Origin: an uncultured Melioribacteraceae bacterium | GTDB lineage: Bacteria; Bacteroidota; Ignavibacteria; Ignavibacteriales; Melioribacteraceae | Direction of reading: 5' to 3' | Length of the DNA: 50,933 nt | Assembly: GCA_964516545.1 (NCBI GenBank) | Contig: CAZEXO010000004.1 | Span: 1-50,933, forward strand | Shown: positions 19,692 to 27,892 of the stretch, in pieces | Layout: each line of letters begins with the position of its first letter | How positions within the stretch are numbered: the stretch's first letter is position 1 | Position numbers and translations under genes: made by a program | Notes under the pieces: model-generated | The model's database searches: none | Seen by the model: only the letters and a program-made list of their open reading frames with translations | What the model was told of the DNA's origin: nothing

Positions 19692-21173
19692 CTAAAGTCC
19701 GTAATATCCGAAATATCTCTCAACATCGAGTTCCTTTCCGGTAGCGTTCTTAAGCTTATTTTTCCAGAACCTTAACTCACCATCGGCGTACATATTTTCG
19801 ACAAGCCAGGATCCGACTTTTTTGTTGAACATGTAGTTGTTTCCAAATTTTTGTTCCAAAGTCTGGTGAACTTGAAAAGCTATTATTTCAGCAAAGATAT
19901 AGTTTTGCATATAAACCGGATAAGAGACATACATTATGTTATTGCTCAGTGAAAAAGGCATATCCGAAGTATCAATCTGCAAAAGGTCTTTGTTAATTTT
20001 ATCTCTCAGTTTTTTTGGATCCTGATCAGGATTTTTATAGAATTCAATTTCAAACATTACCGCGGTGAAAAAGTAACGTAAATAACCCGGTATATATTTT
20101 TTTAGTTGTTCAAATCTTTCTGAAATTTCCTCCTCACTTAATCCGGTATATTTTATTTGCCACTCTTTGTTTCCAATAAAACCGGCGGAGACTTCAGCCA
20201 TACCTTCCCCGAAAGCAGGACATTGCCCGCCGAGATTCCATTCATAACCTTTCAGTATCGGTGATTGAATAGTTGTGTGTACTCCATGCAGACCGTGTCC
20301 TAATTCATGCATCCATACGCTTAAAGGCATTCCCACGTTTAATATAATTCTCATATCATTCGGAATGTTGATAGCGAGAGCGTTGCCGCCGTAGGGAATT
20401 TCTTTTTCAACAAAACGAATTGGCAGTTTGTCAAATTCAAACCCGATGTTTGCAAGAGTTTCTTTCATAACATCCATTTGTTTTTCTTTCTCTATTCCAC
20501 CCCCGCCGGAATTTCTGTAATACATTCCAACAAATCGCTGAACATCGTTTATGGAAGCTTCCCGTCCTATTTCATCTAAAAGTTTTTTATAAGGAGCCTC
20601 AGTGCGTTTCAGCATATCACGGTAAAAAATCTCAAAATTTTCCGCACCAATACCCGAAAGTTCAAGCGACATCTCTGCATAGTCGGAATAACCTATGCTT
20701 CTGGCTTTTGCATTCCGTAGCTTCATAAGTTTTAATACCGATTCAGAGTTGTCTTCGTTGTCAGAATCGCTTTGTGAAAGTTTTGCTTCGAGTTCATTTT
20801 CCAGCTTAAAGATTTCCTGGTCCATATCAACCTTGGCGCCGGTCAAAATATCACTCCACAAATCAATTCGTTTTCTTAACACATCGTCTTTAATTATTTC
20901 CAGATTTTCAGACCACTTTTCAATGCTGGAATTCAATTCGGCATCGTTGAATAATTTATAGAAGCGCCCCTTGGGTGTGTCCTGGTCGGCTTCTCCTTCA
21001 CGGGAATAAACATTCCAATTGGCAATTCCCATCTGAACAGATATTTCCTCGAATACTTTTTCTTTTTCATCAAGGTAGAGCCTGATTTTCTTTTCATCGA
21101 GTGATTGTGAAAAAAGAGAAATTGAAAAGAGAAGAATTATAAATTGCACTGAACAGAAAAACCGCTTAGTCAA
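19692..21173 (-). CDS. secreted HExxH zinc metallopeptidase (gluzincin, M3/M2-like)
   Basis: 493 aa with a signal peptide. HELGHGLH followed about 30 aa later by GEGMAEV, a candidate third ligand. TTG start after GGGGG. Confidence 0.75.
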   Translation of the reverse strand: MTKRFFCSVQFIILLFSISLFSQSLDEKKIRLYLDEKEKVFEEISVQMGIANWNVYSREGEADQDTPKGRFYKLFNDAELNSSIEKWSENLEIIKDDVLRKRIDLWSDILTGAKVDMDQEIFKLENELEAKLSQSDSDNEDNSESVLKLMKLRNAKARSIGYSDYAEMSLELSGIGAENFEIFYRDMLKRTEAPYKKLLDEIGREASINDVQRFVGMYYRNSGGGGIEKEKQMDVMKETLANIGFEFDKLPIRFVEKEIPYGGNALAINIPNDMRIILNVGMPLSVWMHELGHGLHGVHTTIQSPILKGYEWNLGGQCPAFGEGMAEVSAGFIGNKEWQIKYTGLSEEEISERFEQLKKYIPGYLRYFFTAVMFEIEFYKNPDQDPKKLRDKINKDLLQIDTSDMPFSLSNNIMYVSYPVYMQNYIFAEIIAFQVHQTLEQKFGNNYMFNKKVGSWLVENMYADGELRFWKNKLKNATGKELDVERYFGYYGL

Positions 21174-21338
21174 GGTAACCCCCGGTTAAAGTTGTTTGAT
21201 GTTTAGTAAAAATTACGAATAGAAATAATGCATATCAACTAGGGCGTGATTTTTGGAACAAAATTTTCTGTGAGTTATGTTATTCTTTTTTATTTTAAGG
21301 ACGCTAACACATTTAATCAAATACAGCGGGGGTTGTAA

Positions 21339-24300
21339 ATGTCTCGAAAAATTTTTGTCATATCTATCACAACACTTTTAGTTACGCTAAATGTTTTGTC
21401 AAAAGATAATCTTGTTCTTCGGTATCCGTCAATCAATCACGACGGAAGTAAAATCGCTTTTTCCTATCAGGGTGATATCTGGACGGTTTCATCAAAAGGA
21501 AATGACGCCAAAAGAATAACCATTCATGAAGGTTACGAAGGCTGGCCTGTCTGGAATCCCAAAGGAGATGAAATAGCTTTTTCGAGCAACCGTTATGGCA
21601 ACTTTGATGTTTTTACTATTCCATCCGAAGGAGGATTTCCTAAAAGAATCACTTATCATTCAGCAAACGATTATATAACTGATTGGGCTGATAACGATTA
21701 TCTTTTTTTCGATACAAATCGCGAGTTTAATCAGGTTGAATGGAATAATGAAGTTTACTCCGTGAGCGCGCGAGGCGGAACTCCCAACAGATATCTAAAC
21801 GCAATGGGCGAGCAATCCGTTTTATCCCCCGACGGAAAATTTCTCGCGTTTGTTCTTGGTCCCTGTCCTATGAACCGCGAAAATTATATCGGCTCTGCAA
21901 ACAAGGAAATATGGATTTACAACACCATCACAAAAGAATATCTGAATCTTACAAGCAATGATAAACAGGATTTTTATCCGCGATGGGGTCAGTCGAATTC
22001 TCTCTTTTTTATAAGCTCTAAAGAGAATAACTATAACATTTTTAAAGTAACTCTTGATGAAAACGGAAAATCTGTTGGCGATCAGGAACAAATCACAAAT
22101 TTTAAAGACGGTGGTGTAAGATATTTTGATATAAGTTCTGACGGGAAATATATCGTTCTTGAAAAAGGAGCAGAGATTTATCTTGTTGATGTAATGTTAA
22201 AAGAAGCAAGTTTGGTCGAGGTAAAAATCGGCGCTGATTATCGTTCTGATCCGACTGAGCAGAAAATTTTTACAAAAGATATAACCGAATATAAAGTTTC
22301 GCCCAATGGAAAATACTCGGCGTTTGTTATTCGCGGTGAAATTTTTATCACAGAAAATAATAAAGATAAAAGCAAGACTGTTAATTTGAGTAATTCACCC
22401 TATCGCGATCAAAATGTTCAGTGGATGAACGACACAACAATTATTTTTTCTTCTGACCGTGAAGGGCAGTATGATCTTTACCTCGTAAAATCTGCAGATG
22501 AAAAACAGACAAATCTTTTTAAGTCGCTCAAACATGAAATAGTGCGTTTGACAAATGATGAAAAAGAAGAATTATGGCCGATAGTTTCACCCGACAAAAA
22601 GAAAATCGCATATGAAATCGGGAGAGGTAAATTAGTGGTAAGCGAAATCTCTTCTGAGAGTAATCTCTCAAATGAGGTTGTTCTTCTTGATGGATGGAGT
22701 ACTCCGGGTAATGTCAGATGGAGTCCCGATAGTAAATGGCTGGCTTATTCACTCGAAGACCTGAATGCTAATGAAGAAATCTATATTCATTCGGCAGATG
22801 GAAAAACCGGACCAGTGAATGTAAGTCTTCATCCCCGTAGTGATTCCTATCCGGTATGGAGTTCTGATGGTGCGAAACTGGGATTTCTTTCCAACAGGAA
22901 TAACAGCACAACAGATGTCTGGTTTGTGTGGTTAAACAAAAATGATTGGCAGAAAACAAAAGATGACTGGGATGAAACAGTTGATGAAAACGAAAAAGAT
23001 AAAAAGAAAGACGACAAAGAGAAAAAAGATGAGGTGAAACCGGTCGTAATTGATTTCGAAAATATTCACGAAAGAATAGCACAGGTGACTAAATTATCAA
23101 CAAATGAAGGAGCGTTTGAAATTTCTAAAGACGGAAAAACTTTTTATTTCACGGCTAAAAGTCACACTTCCAAAGAGAATGATCTTTACAGCATAAAATG
23201 GGACGGGACTGAAATAAAAGAATTAACCAGCGGCGGAAAAAATCCCGCGGGATTGCAGTTCGATTCCGAATATAAATACCTGTATATGCTGAGCAATGGT
23301 ACTCTCCTGCGTTTTGAAATTAGTGGAAATAAAGAAGAAGCCCTGCCGGTTTCAGCTAAAATGGTAATCGATTATAAAAAGGAAAAGGAACAAATATTTG
23401 ATGAAGCGTGGAGATATTTACGAGATGGATTTTACGATCCTGATTTTCATGGCAACAACTGGGATGAGCTGAAAAATAAATATCGCGACTGGGCAATTAA
23501 CACGGCAACCGAAAGAGATTTCAGAGATATATTTAATTATTTGCTTGGCGAAATAAATGCAAGCCACATGGGAATGTATGGCAGCGACAGATCGGAAACC
23601 CAAAGCGAAAAAACAGGAATGCTTGGTGTTGAGCTGAAAGCTGTAAAAAACGGCATGGAAATTTTAAGAGTAATTCCCGAAACACCCGCTGACCGTGAGG
23701 AAAGCAAACTTAACAAAGGAGAAATAATTCTTGCCGTTAACGGTAAAGAGTATGATCCTGAAGTGAATTTTTATTCACTGCTCACGAATAAAGTCGACGA
23801 GAAAATAATTCTGACTGTGAAAAGAAATAACGGTGAGCAGCAGGAAGTTGTTATTCGACCGACTGGGAACATACAAAATCAGCTTTACAATGAATGGGTA
23901 AAAGAACAGCGGAAATTAACTGACAAGTATTCAAACGGAAAACTTGGTTATTTACATATCGAAGAGATGGGTTGGGAGAGTTTTGAAAGATTTGAGAGAG
24001 AAATTGCCGCAATTGGTCAAGGTAAAGAAGGAATTGTGATTGACGTACGCTATAATGGCGGCGGATGGACAACGGATTATCTTATGACTGTTCTTAACGT
24101 CAAACAGCATGCTTACACAGTTCCAAGAGGTTCGGCAAAAAATCTGAGCAAAGAACATAAAAAGTTCAGCGATTATTATCCTTTTGCTGAGAGACTTCCC
24201 TATTACCCGTGGATGAAACCATCAGTTGCGCTTTGCAACGAATCAAGTTATTCGAACGCTGAAATATTTTCGCATGCTTATAAAACTCTGGAAATCGGTA

Positions 24301-24542
24301 AACTAGTTGGTGTTCCTACTTTCGGTGCAGTAATTTCCACAGGAGGAATGAGCCTCATTGACGGTACTTGGGTAAGATTACCATTTCGAGCATGGTATGT
24401 AAAAGCGACAGATCAACCGATGGAAAATATTCCGGCGGTGCCAGATGAGATTGTTTATAATGCGCCGAATAGTAAATCGAAAAATTTTGACGAACAACTT
24501 AAAAAAGCTGTTGATTTACTTATGGATCAAATAGAAAAATAA
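21339..24542 (+). CDS. tricorn protease homolog (beta-propeller + PDZ + S41 peptidase)
   Basis: 1067 aa with a signal peptide. Repeated TolB/PD40-like segments (SPDGK.., WSPDSKWLAY). A PDZ-like stretch. C-terminal S41-like region (IDVRYNGGG, SYSNAEIF). Confidence 0.9.
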   Translation: MSRKIFVISITTLLVTLNVLSKDNLVLRYPSINHDGSKIAFSYQGDIWTVSSKGNDAKRITIHEGYEGWPVWNPKGDEIAFSSNRYGNFDVFTIPSEGGFPKRITYHSANDYITDWADNDYLFFDTNREFNQVEWNNEVYSVSARGGTPNRYLNAMGEQSVLSPDGKFLAFVLGPCPMNRENYIGSANKEIWIYNTITKEYLNLTSNDKQDFYPRWGQSNSLFFISSKENNYNIFKVTLDENGKSVGDQEQITNFKDGGVRYFDISSDGKYIVLEKGAEIYLVDVMLKEASLVEVKIGADYRSDPTEQKIFTKDITEYKVSPNGKYSAFVIRGEIFITENNKDKSKTVNLSNSPYRDQNVQWMNDTTIIFSSDREGQYDLYLVKSADEKQTNLFKSLKHEIVRLTNDEKEELWPIVSPDKKKIAYEIGRGKLVVSEISSESNLSNEVVLLDGWSTPGNVRWSPDSKWLAYSLEDLNANEEIYIHSADGKTGPVNVSLHPRSDSYPVWSSDGAKLGFLSNRNNSTTDVWFVWLNKNDWQKTKDDWDETVDENEKDKKKDDKEKKDEVKPVVIDFENIHERIAQVTKLSTNEGAFEISKDGKTFYFTAKSHTSKENDLYSIKWDGTEIKELTSGGKNPAGLQFDSEYKYLYMLSNGTLLRFEISGNKEEALPVSAKMVIDYKKEKEQIFDEAWRYLRDGFYDPDFHGNNWDELKNKYRDWAINTATERDFRDIFNYLLGEINASHMGMYGSDRSETQSEKTGMLGVELKAVKNGMEILRVIPETPADREESKLNKGEIILAVNGKEYDPEVNFYSLLTNKVDEKIILTVKRNNGEQQEVVIRPTGNIQNQLYNEWVKEQRKLTDKYSNGKLGYLHIEEMGWESFERFEREIAAIGQGKEGIVIDVRYNGGGWTTDYLMTVLNVKQHAYTVPRGSAKNLSKEHKKFSDYYPFAERLPYYPWMKPSVALCNESSYSNAEIFSHAYKTLEIGKLVGVPTFGAVISTGGMSLIDGTWVRLPFRAWYVKATDQPMENIPAVPDEIVYNAPNSKSKNFDEQLKKAVDLLMDQIEK

Positions 24543-24656
24543 ATTATTCGCATGAGTAATAAATTCAAAACAATAAAAAATTGATAATGAATTGGAATTC
24601 TCTTAATATCAAAAAGATTTTTCTAAAAAACTCACAAAAATAATTGAGGTGAATTT

Positions 24657-24956
24657 ATGGCAGTGAAAATAACAGAAGAATGTATCGCATGTAACGCCTG
24701 TGAAGCTGAATGCCCCAATACAGCAATTTATTCGGCGGGAGAAGAATGGCATTTGGGAGGGGAAAAACATGAAGCTCTATCTGAAGATTATACTTATGTT
24801 GTTCCTGAAAAATGCACGGAATGTGTTGGTTTTTATAATGAACCGCAATGCATAGCCGCGTGTCCCACAGAAGCGATTATTATGGATCCTGATAATGTGG
24901 AAACAAAAGAACAACTCATGGCAAAAAAAGAACATCTTGATCAGGTGGGAAGATAA
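24657..24956 (+). CDS. 4Fe-4S dicluster ferredoxin (YfhL-like)
   Basis: 99 aa. Two cluster motifs: CIACNACEAECP and CTECVGFYNEPQCIAACP. GAGGTGA SD. Confidence 0.9.
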   Translation: MAVKITEECIACNACEAECPNTAIYSAGEEWHLGGEKHEALSEDYTYVVPEKCTECVGFYNEPQCIAACPTEAIIMDPDNVETKEQLMAKKEHLDQVGR

Positions 24957-24966
24957 ACTTCTTTAT

Positions 24967-25000
24967 AAAGCCCGGCCTTTGTGAAGGGTTGGGCTTTTTT
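24967..25000 (+). terminator. intrinsic terminator
   Basis: AAAGCCCGGCCTT..AAGGGTTGGGCTTT hairpin followed by a T-run, 11 nt after the ferredoxin stop. Confidence 0.7.
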
Positions 25001-25097
25001 ATTACAACTTCTTACAAAATATTTTTCAGCCGCCGCAACCTTTCACAGATATCCTTAGTCTTAATCAACAGGAATAAGAATTAATTTGGAGACTGTG

Positions 25098-25787
25098 ATG
25101 ATACAGACTAACAACATGCAAAAACTTTTCAGAACAGAGGAAGTTGAAACAACCGCGCTGAACAATGTTAATATTGAGATCAAACAAGGTGAATTCGTTT
25201 CCATAATGGGACCCTCCGGATGTGGAAAATCAACTCTCTTAAATATTATTGGATTGTTGGATAATCCAAGCGGCGGTGAATACCATTTTCTCGATCATGA
25301 AGTTTCCGGTTATTCAGAACGACAACGGGCACAACTTCGCAAAGAAAACATCGGATTTGTATTCCAGAGTTTTAACCTGATTGATGAATTAACCGTTTTC
25401 GAGAATGTTGAGTTACCTTTATTGTATCTTGGTTATGGTGCCAGTGACAGAAAAACACGCGTTAATGAAATTCTTGAACGAATGAATATTATGCATCGTG
25501 CCGGACATTTTCCTCAGCAATTATCCGGAGGTCAGCAGCAAAGAGTTGCTGTAGCGCGTGCAATTGTAGGAAATCCTAAAATTATTCTCGCCGATGAACC
25601 AACCGGTAATCTTGATTCCACTCACGGCGACGAAGTGATGAATCTTCTCACAACACTTAATGATTCGGGAACAACAATTGTCATGGTTACTCACTCGCCT
25701 GCATATGCCGAGTATGGCAACAGGATTATTCATCTTTTTGATGGACAGGTTGTTACTGAAAATATTCATCAAAAATTCCGCGTTTAG
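25098..25787 (+). CDS. ABC transporter ATP-binding protein (MacB/LolD-type)
   Basis: Walker A GPSGCGKST, signature LSGGQQQR, Walker B ILADEPT. I chose the ATG at 25098, which has GGAG 6 nt upstream. The ORF is open from the TTG at 25086. Confidence 0.95.
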   Translation: MIQTNNMQKLFRTEEVETTALNNVNIEIKQGEFVSIMGPSGCGKSTLLNIIGLLDNPSGGEYHFLDHEVSGYSERQRAQLRKENIGFVFQSFNLIDELTVFENVELPLLYLGYGASDRKTRVNEILERMNIMHRAGHFPQQLSGGQQQRVAVARAIVGNPKIILADEPTGNLDSTHGDEVMNLLTTLNDSGTTIVMVTHSPAYAEYGNRIIHLFDGQVVTENIHQKFRV

Positions 25788-25825
25788 GCGATATTCCTTC
25801 CCCGCGGGGAAGTTTAATATAGATT

Positions 25826-25858
25826 AAAAGCCCAATTTTTTGAAAAGTTGGGCTTTTT
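25826..25858 (+). terminator. intrinsic terminator
   Basis: 10-bp stem AAAAGCCCAA / TTGGGCTTTT followed by a T-run. It is preceded by a second palindrome, TTCCCCGCGGGGAA, at 25798-25811. Confidence 0.7.
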
Positions 25859-25954
25859 CTTTGAACAAAAAAAAGTTTAATTCGTCTTTATCGGCATTCG
25901 GGGGGATGTCTCCTGTTAATTACCATTAAAAAATTAAAAATGTGAGGAACTATC

Positions 25955-26386
25955 ATGAAAAAGAACATTCTAGTCATGGCACTGATCGTATGTTCTGCAA
26001 TTACAGTATTTGCGCTTAACAACCTTCCTGCCGAGGAAGAGAATATTAAACAAGTTGTTTCTGATTTTATAATCAGTATCGATAATAAAGATGCAACCTT
26101 GCTTGAATCAATAATTCTTGAAGAAGGCACTTTTGTTAATGTTAATCTAAAAAATGAGGTTGAAGCTTTGTCATCCTCAGAGTTGATTACGCGCGTAAAG
26201 AGCGGTAAAATGGGCGGTTGGAAACGCGATTTTGAGGTTTCTGAAATCGAACTCGACAAGAATATCGCCATCGCAAAAGTTAAGATAAACAGCCCGAAAG
26301 TTAATCAGTTGCATAATTTTTCCCTGGTAAAAATTGGCGAACAGTGGAAAATTACAGGTTGCTGTGCGAATATGACTAAATCCTGA
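25955..26386 (+). CDS. exported NTF2-like (SnoaL/lumazine-binding-like) protein, paralog 1
   Basis: 143 aa. GAGGAA SD. Signal peptide, then PAEEENIKQVV...DNKD...GGWKR...WKI. This pattern is typical of small NTF2-fold proteins. Confidence 0.75.
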   Translation: MKKNILVMALIVCSAITVFALNNLPAEEENIKQVVSDFIISIDNKDATLLESIILEEGTFVNVNLKNEVEALSSSELITRVKSGKMGGWKRDFEVSEIELDKNIAIAKVKINSPKVNQLHNFSLVKIGEQWKITGCCANMTKS

Positions 26387-26420
26387 TTTGAGCAACGGAG
26401 TTTGATTTATGCACTTTTAG

Positions 26421-26458
26421 AACTACCGCCCCTGATTTCCAAGGCGGTAGTTTTATTT
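26421..26458 (+). terminator. intrinsic terminator
   Basis: CTACCGCC / GGCGGTAG stem with a 12-nt loop, followed by TTTTATTT. Confidence 0.7.
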
Positions 26459-26690
26459 CATTCTACTCGTAATATACCGGAAATATCCTATTATTTTTTC
26501 ACAACCTATTTAAATTCCAGAAAAATTTTCGATAATTTTGAAATACCGAAAAATTGATTTTAGCTGGACCTTATATATACTATGCAAAACATTTTTAACG
26601 CCTCATCTAAAGACTTACCCAAAATCGTAAGCCATCTAATTTAATTTATTCGGTGAATTCGATTTTATTTAACTAAAAAAAGGATCACGC

Positions 26691-27122
26691 ATGAAAAAGA
26701 TGTTTTTAATAATTGTCGTACTATGCTCTTTGACTACAATTTTTGCTTTAAGTAATTCTCCTGCAGAGGAAGATGCAGTTAAGAGTGTTGTTGTAAAATA
26801 TATGGATGGTGTTGACAATAAAGATATTAATGCTCTTGAAACCATAATACTTAAAGAAGCGGGTTTTGTAGAAGTTAATAATATTACCAAAACAGTTGCT
26901 TCATACTCAACAAGCGATTTGTATGATAAAATAAGAAACAGAAAACTCGGTGGCTGGAAGAGAACTTACAACATCGTTTCTGTCGATTCTGAAGGCGATA
27001 TCGCTTCTGTTAAGGTTCAGGTGGATATTAAAACCTTAGTACAATTTTATTACATTTCACTCGTGAAAGTGAATAATAAATGGAACATTGTCAGCAGTTC
27101 AACCTGCGTTTTTAAGAAGTAA
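26691..27122 (+). CDS. exported NTF2-like protein, paralog 2
   Basis: 143 aa, the same length and layout as 25955..26386. My hand alignment gives 54 identical columns (about 38%). Confidence 0.75.
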   Translation: MKKMFLIIVVLCSLTTIFALSNSPAEEDAVKSVVVKYMDGVDNKDINALETIILKEAGFVEVNNITKTVASYSTSDLYDKIRNRKLGGWKRTYNIVSVDSEGDIASVKVQVDIKTLVQFYYISLVKVNNKWNIVSSSTCVFKK

Positions 27123-27129
27123 TTTTTTA

Positions 27130-27162
27130 GTCCGGCTCATCTCACTGAGCCGGATTTTTTTT
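27130..27162 (+). terminator. intrinsic terminator
   Basis: TCCGGCTCA / TGAGCCGGA 9-bp stem with a 6-nt loop, then T8. Confidence 0.8.
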
Positions 27163-27267
27163 AACTGTTATAATACATTTCGAAAATTAACATCAATTTA
27201 ACTTTCAGTTAATAATCCCTTAATCCACACTTGGTAAATTTTGTGCGATAATTTATCTGGGAAATAT

Positions 27268-27468
27268 ATGTTCGGATTTTACTTCGCTTTTTATACAGTT
27301 ATTAGTGCGCTTGGGTGTTTAATTGTCGCGAGAAAAAAAAATCGTGATACCAACATCTGGTGGATTTTGGGAATATATTTAGGAGTTATTCCACTGATCT
27401 ATTTGCTTTTTTCTTCATCCACAGAATCATCACCTGAAGGAGAAAATGAAATCGTAATAATTAATTAA
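27268..27468 (+). CDS. small two-helix membrane protein (PLDc_N-like motif)
   Basis: 66 aa from the ATG at 27268. The track ORF starts at a TTG at 27241. WWILGIYLGVIPLIYLLF resembles the PLD-nuclease N-terminal membrane motif. Confidence 0.5.
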   Translation: MFGFYFAFYTVISALGCLIVARKKNRDTNIWWILGIYLGVIPLIYLLFSSSTESSPEGENEIVIIN

Positions 27469-27559
27469 CATCCTCGTAACTCCTAATTAATAACCGTTGC
27501 ATATTTTTGTGCAATGCGAATAAGTATCTGACAACATTTTAATCGGAGCAGAAGTGGAA

Positions 27560-27772
27560 ATGAAAGATGGAGAATTAGTAAAATACAGATTTCCGGAACC
27601 CAAAACCGGAAGCGAAAAAACCTTTACCGGCAGAATTGAACTTGTTACCGAGGATTATATCGTTCTTCAATCGGAGACAAATGTGAAACTACGCGTTTCG
27701 TTTAAGAATTTCGAGTACATAACCCCACTCAATAAAAATTCCAGCGATCACCTCAGCGGAACAACGAACTAA
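27560..27772 (+). CDS. small hypothetical protein
   Basis: 70 aa from the ATG at 27560. GGAGCAGAAG lies upstream and a strong terminator follows directly. Confidence 0.45.
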   Translation: MKDGELVKYRFPEPKTGSEKTFTGRIELVTEDYIVLQSETNVKLRVSFKNFEYITPLNKNSSDHLSGTTN

Positions 27773-27810
27773 TCTGGCATTTATTCTTCCTAATTAATAC
27801 GGCTCAGGGT

Positions 27811-27837
27811 TACCCCGCATCGCGGGGTATTTTTTTT
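27811..27837 (+). terminator. intrinsic terminator
   Basis: TACCCCGC-atc-GCGGGGTA 8-bp GC-rich stem, then T8. Confidence 0.8.
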
Positions 27838-27892
27838 AGCAACTTTTCGCTTGTGTAAACATCCTTTGAGTTGAGAATAAAATGGGAATATA

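Noticed and set aside
25798-25811. Perfect palindrome TTCCCCGCGGGGAA just after the ABC ATPase stop
   Set aside because: It could be a protein-binding site. However, it has no partner motif elsewhere that I could see and no T-run. I treat it as the first of two tandem hairpins ahead of the real terminator at 25826-25858.
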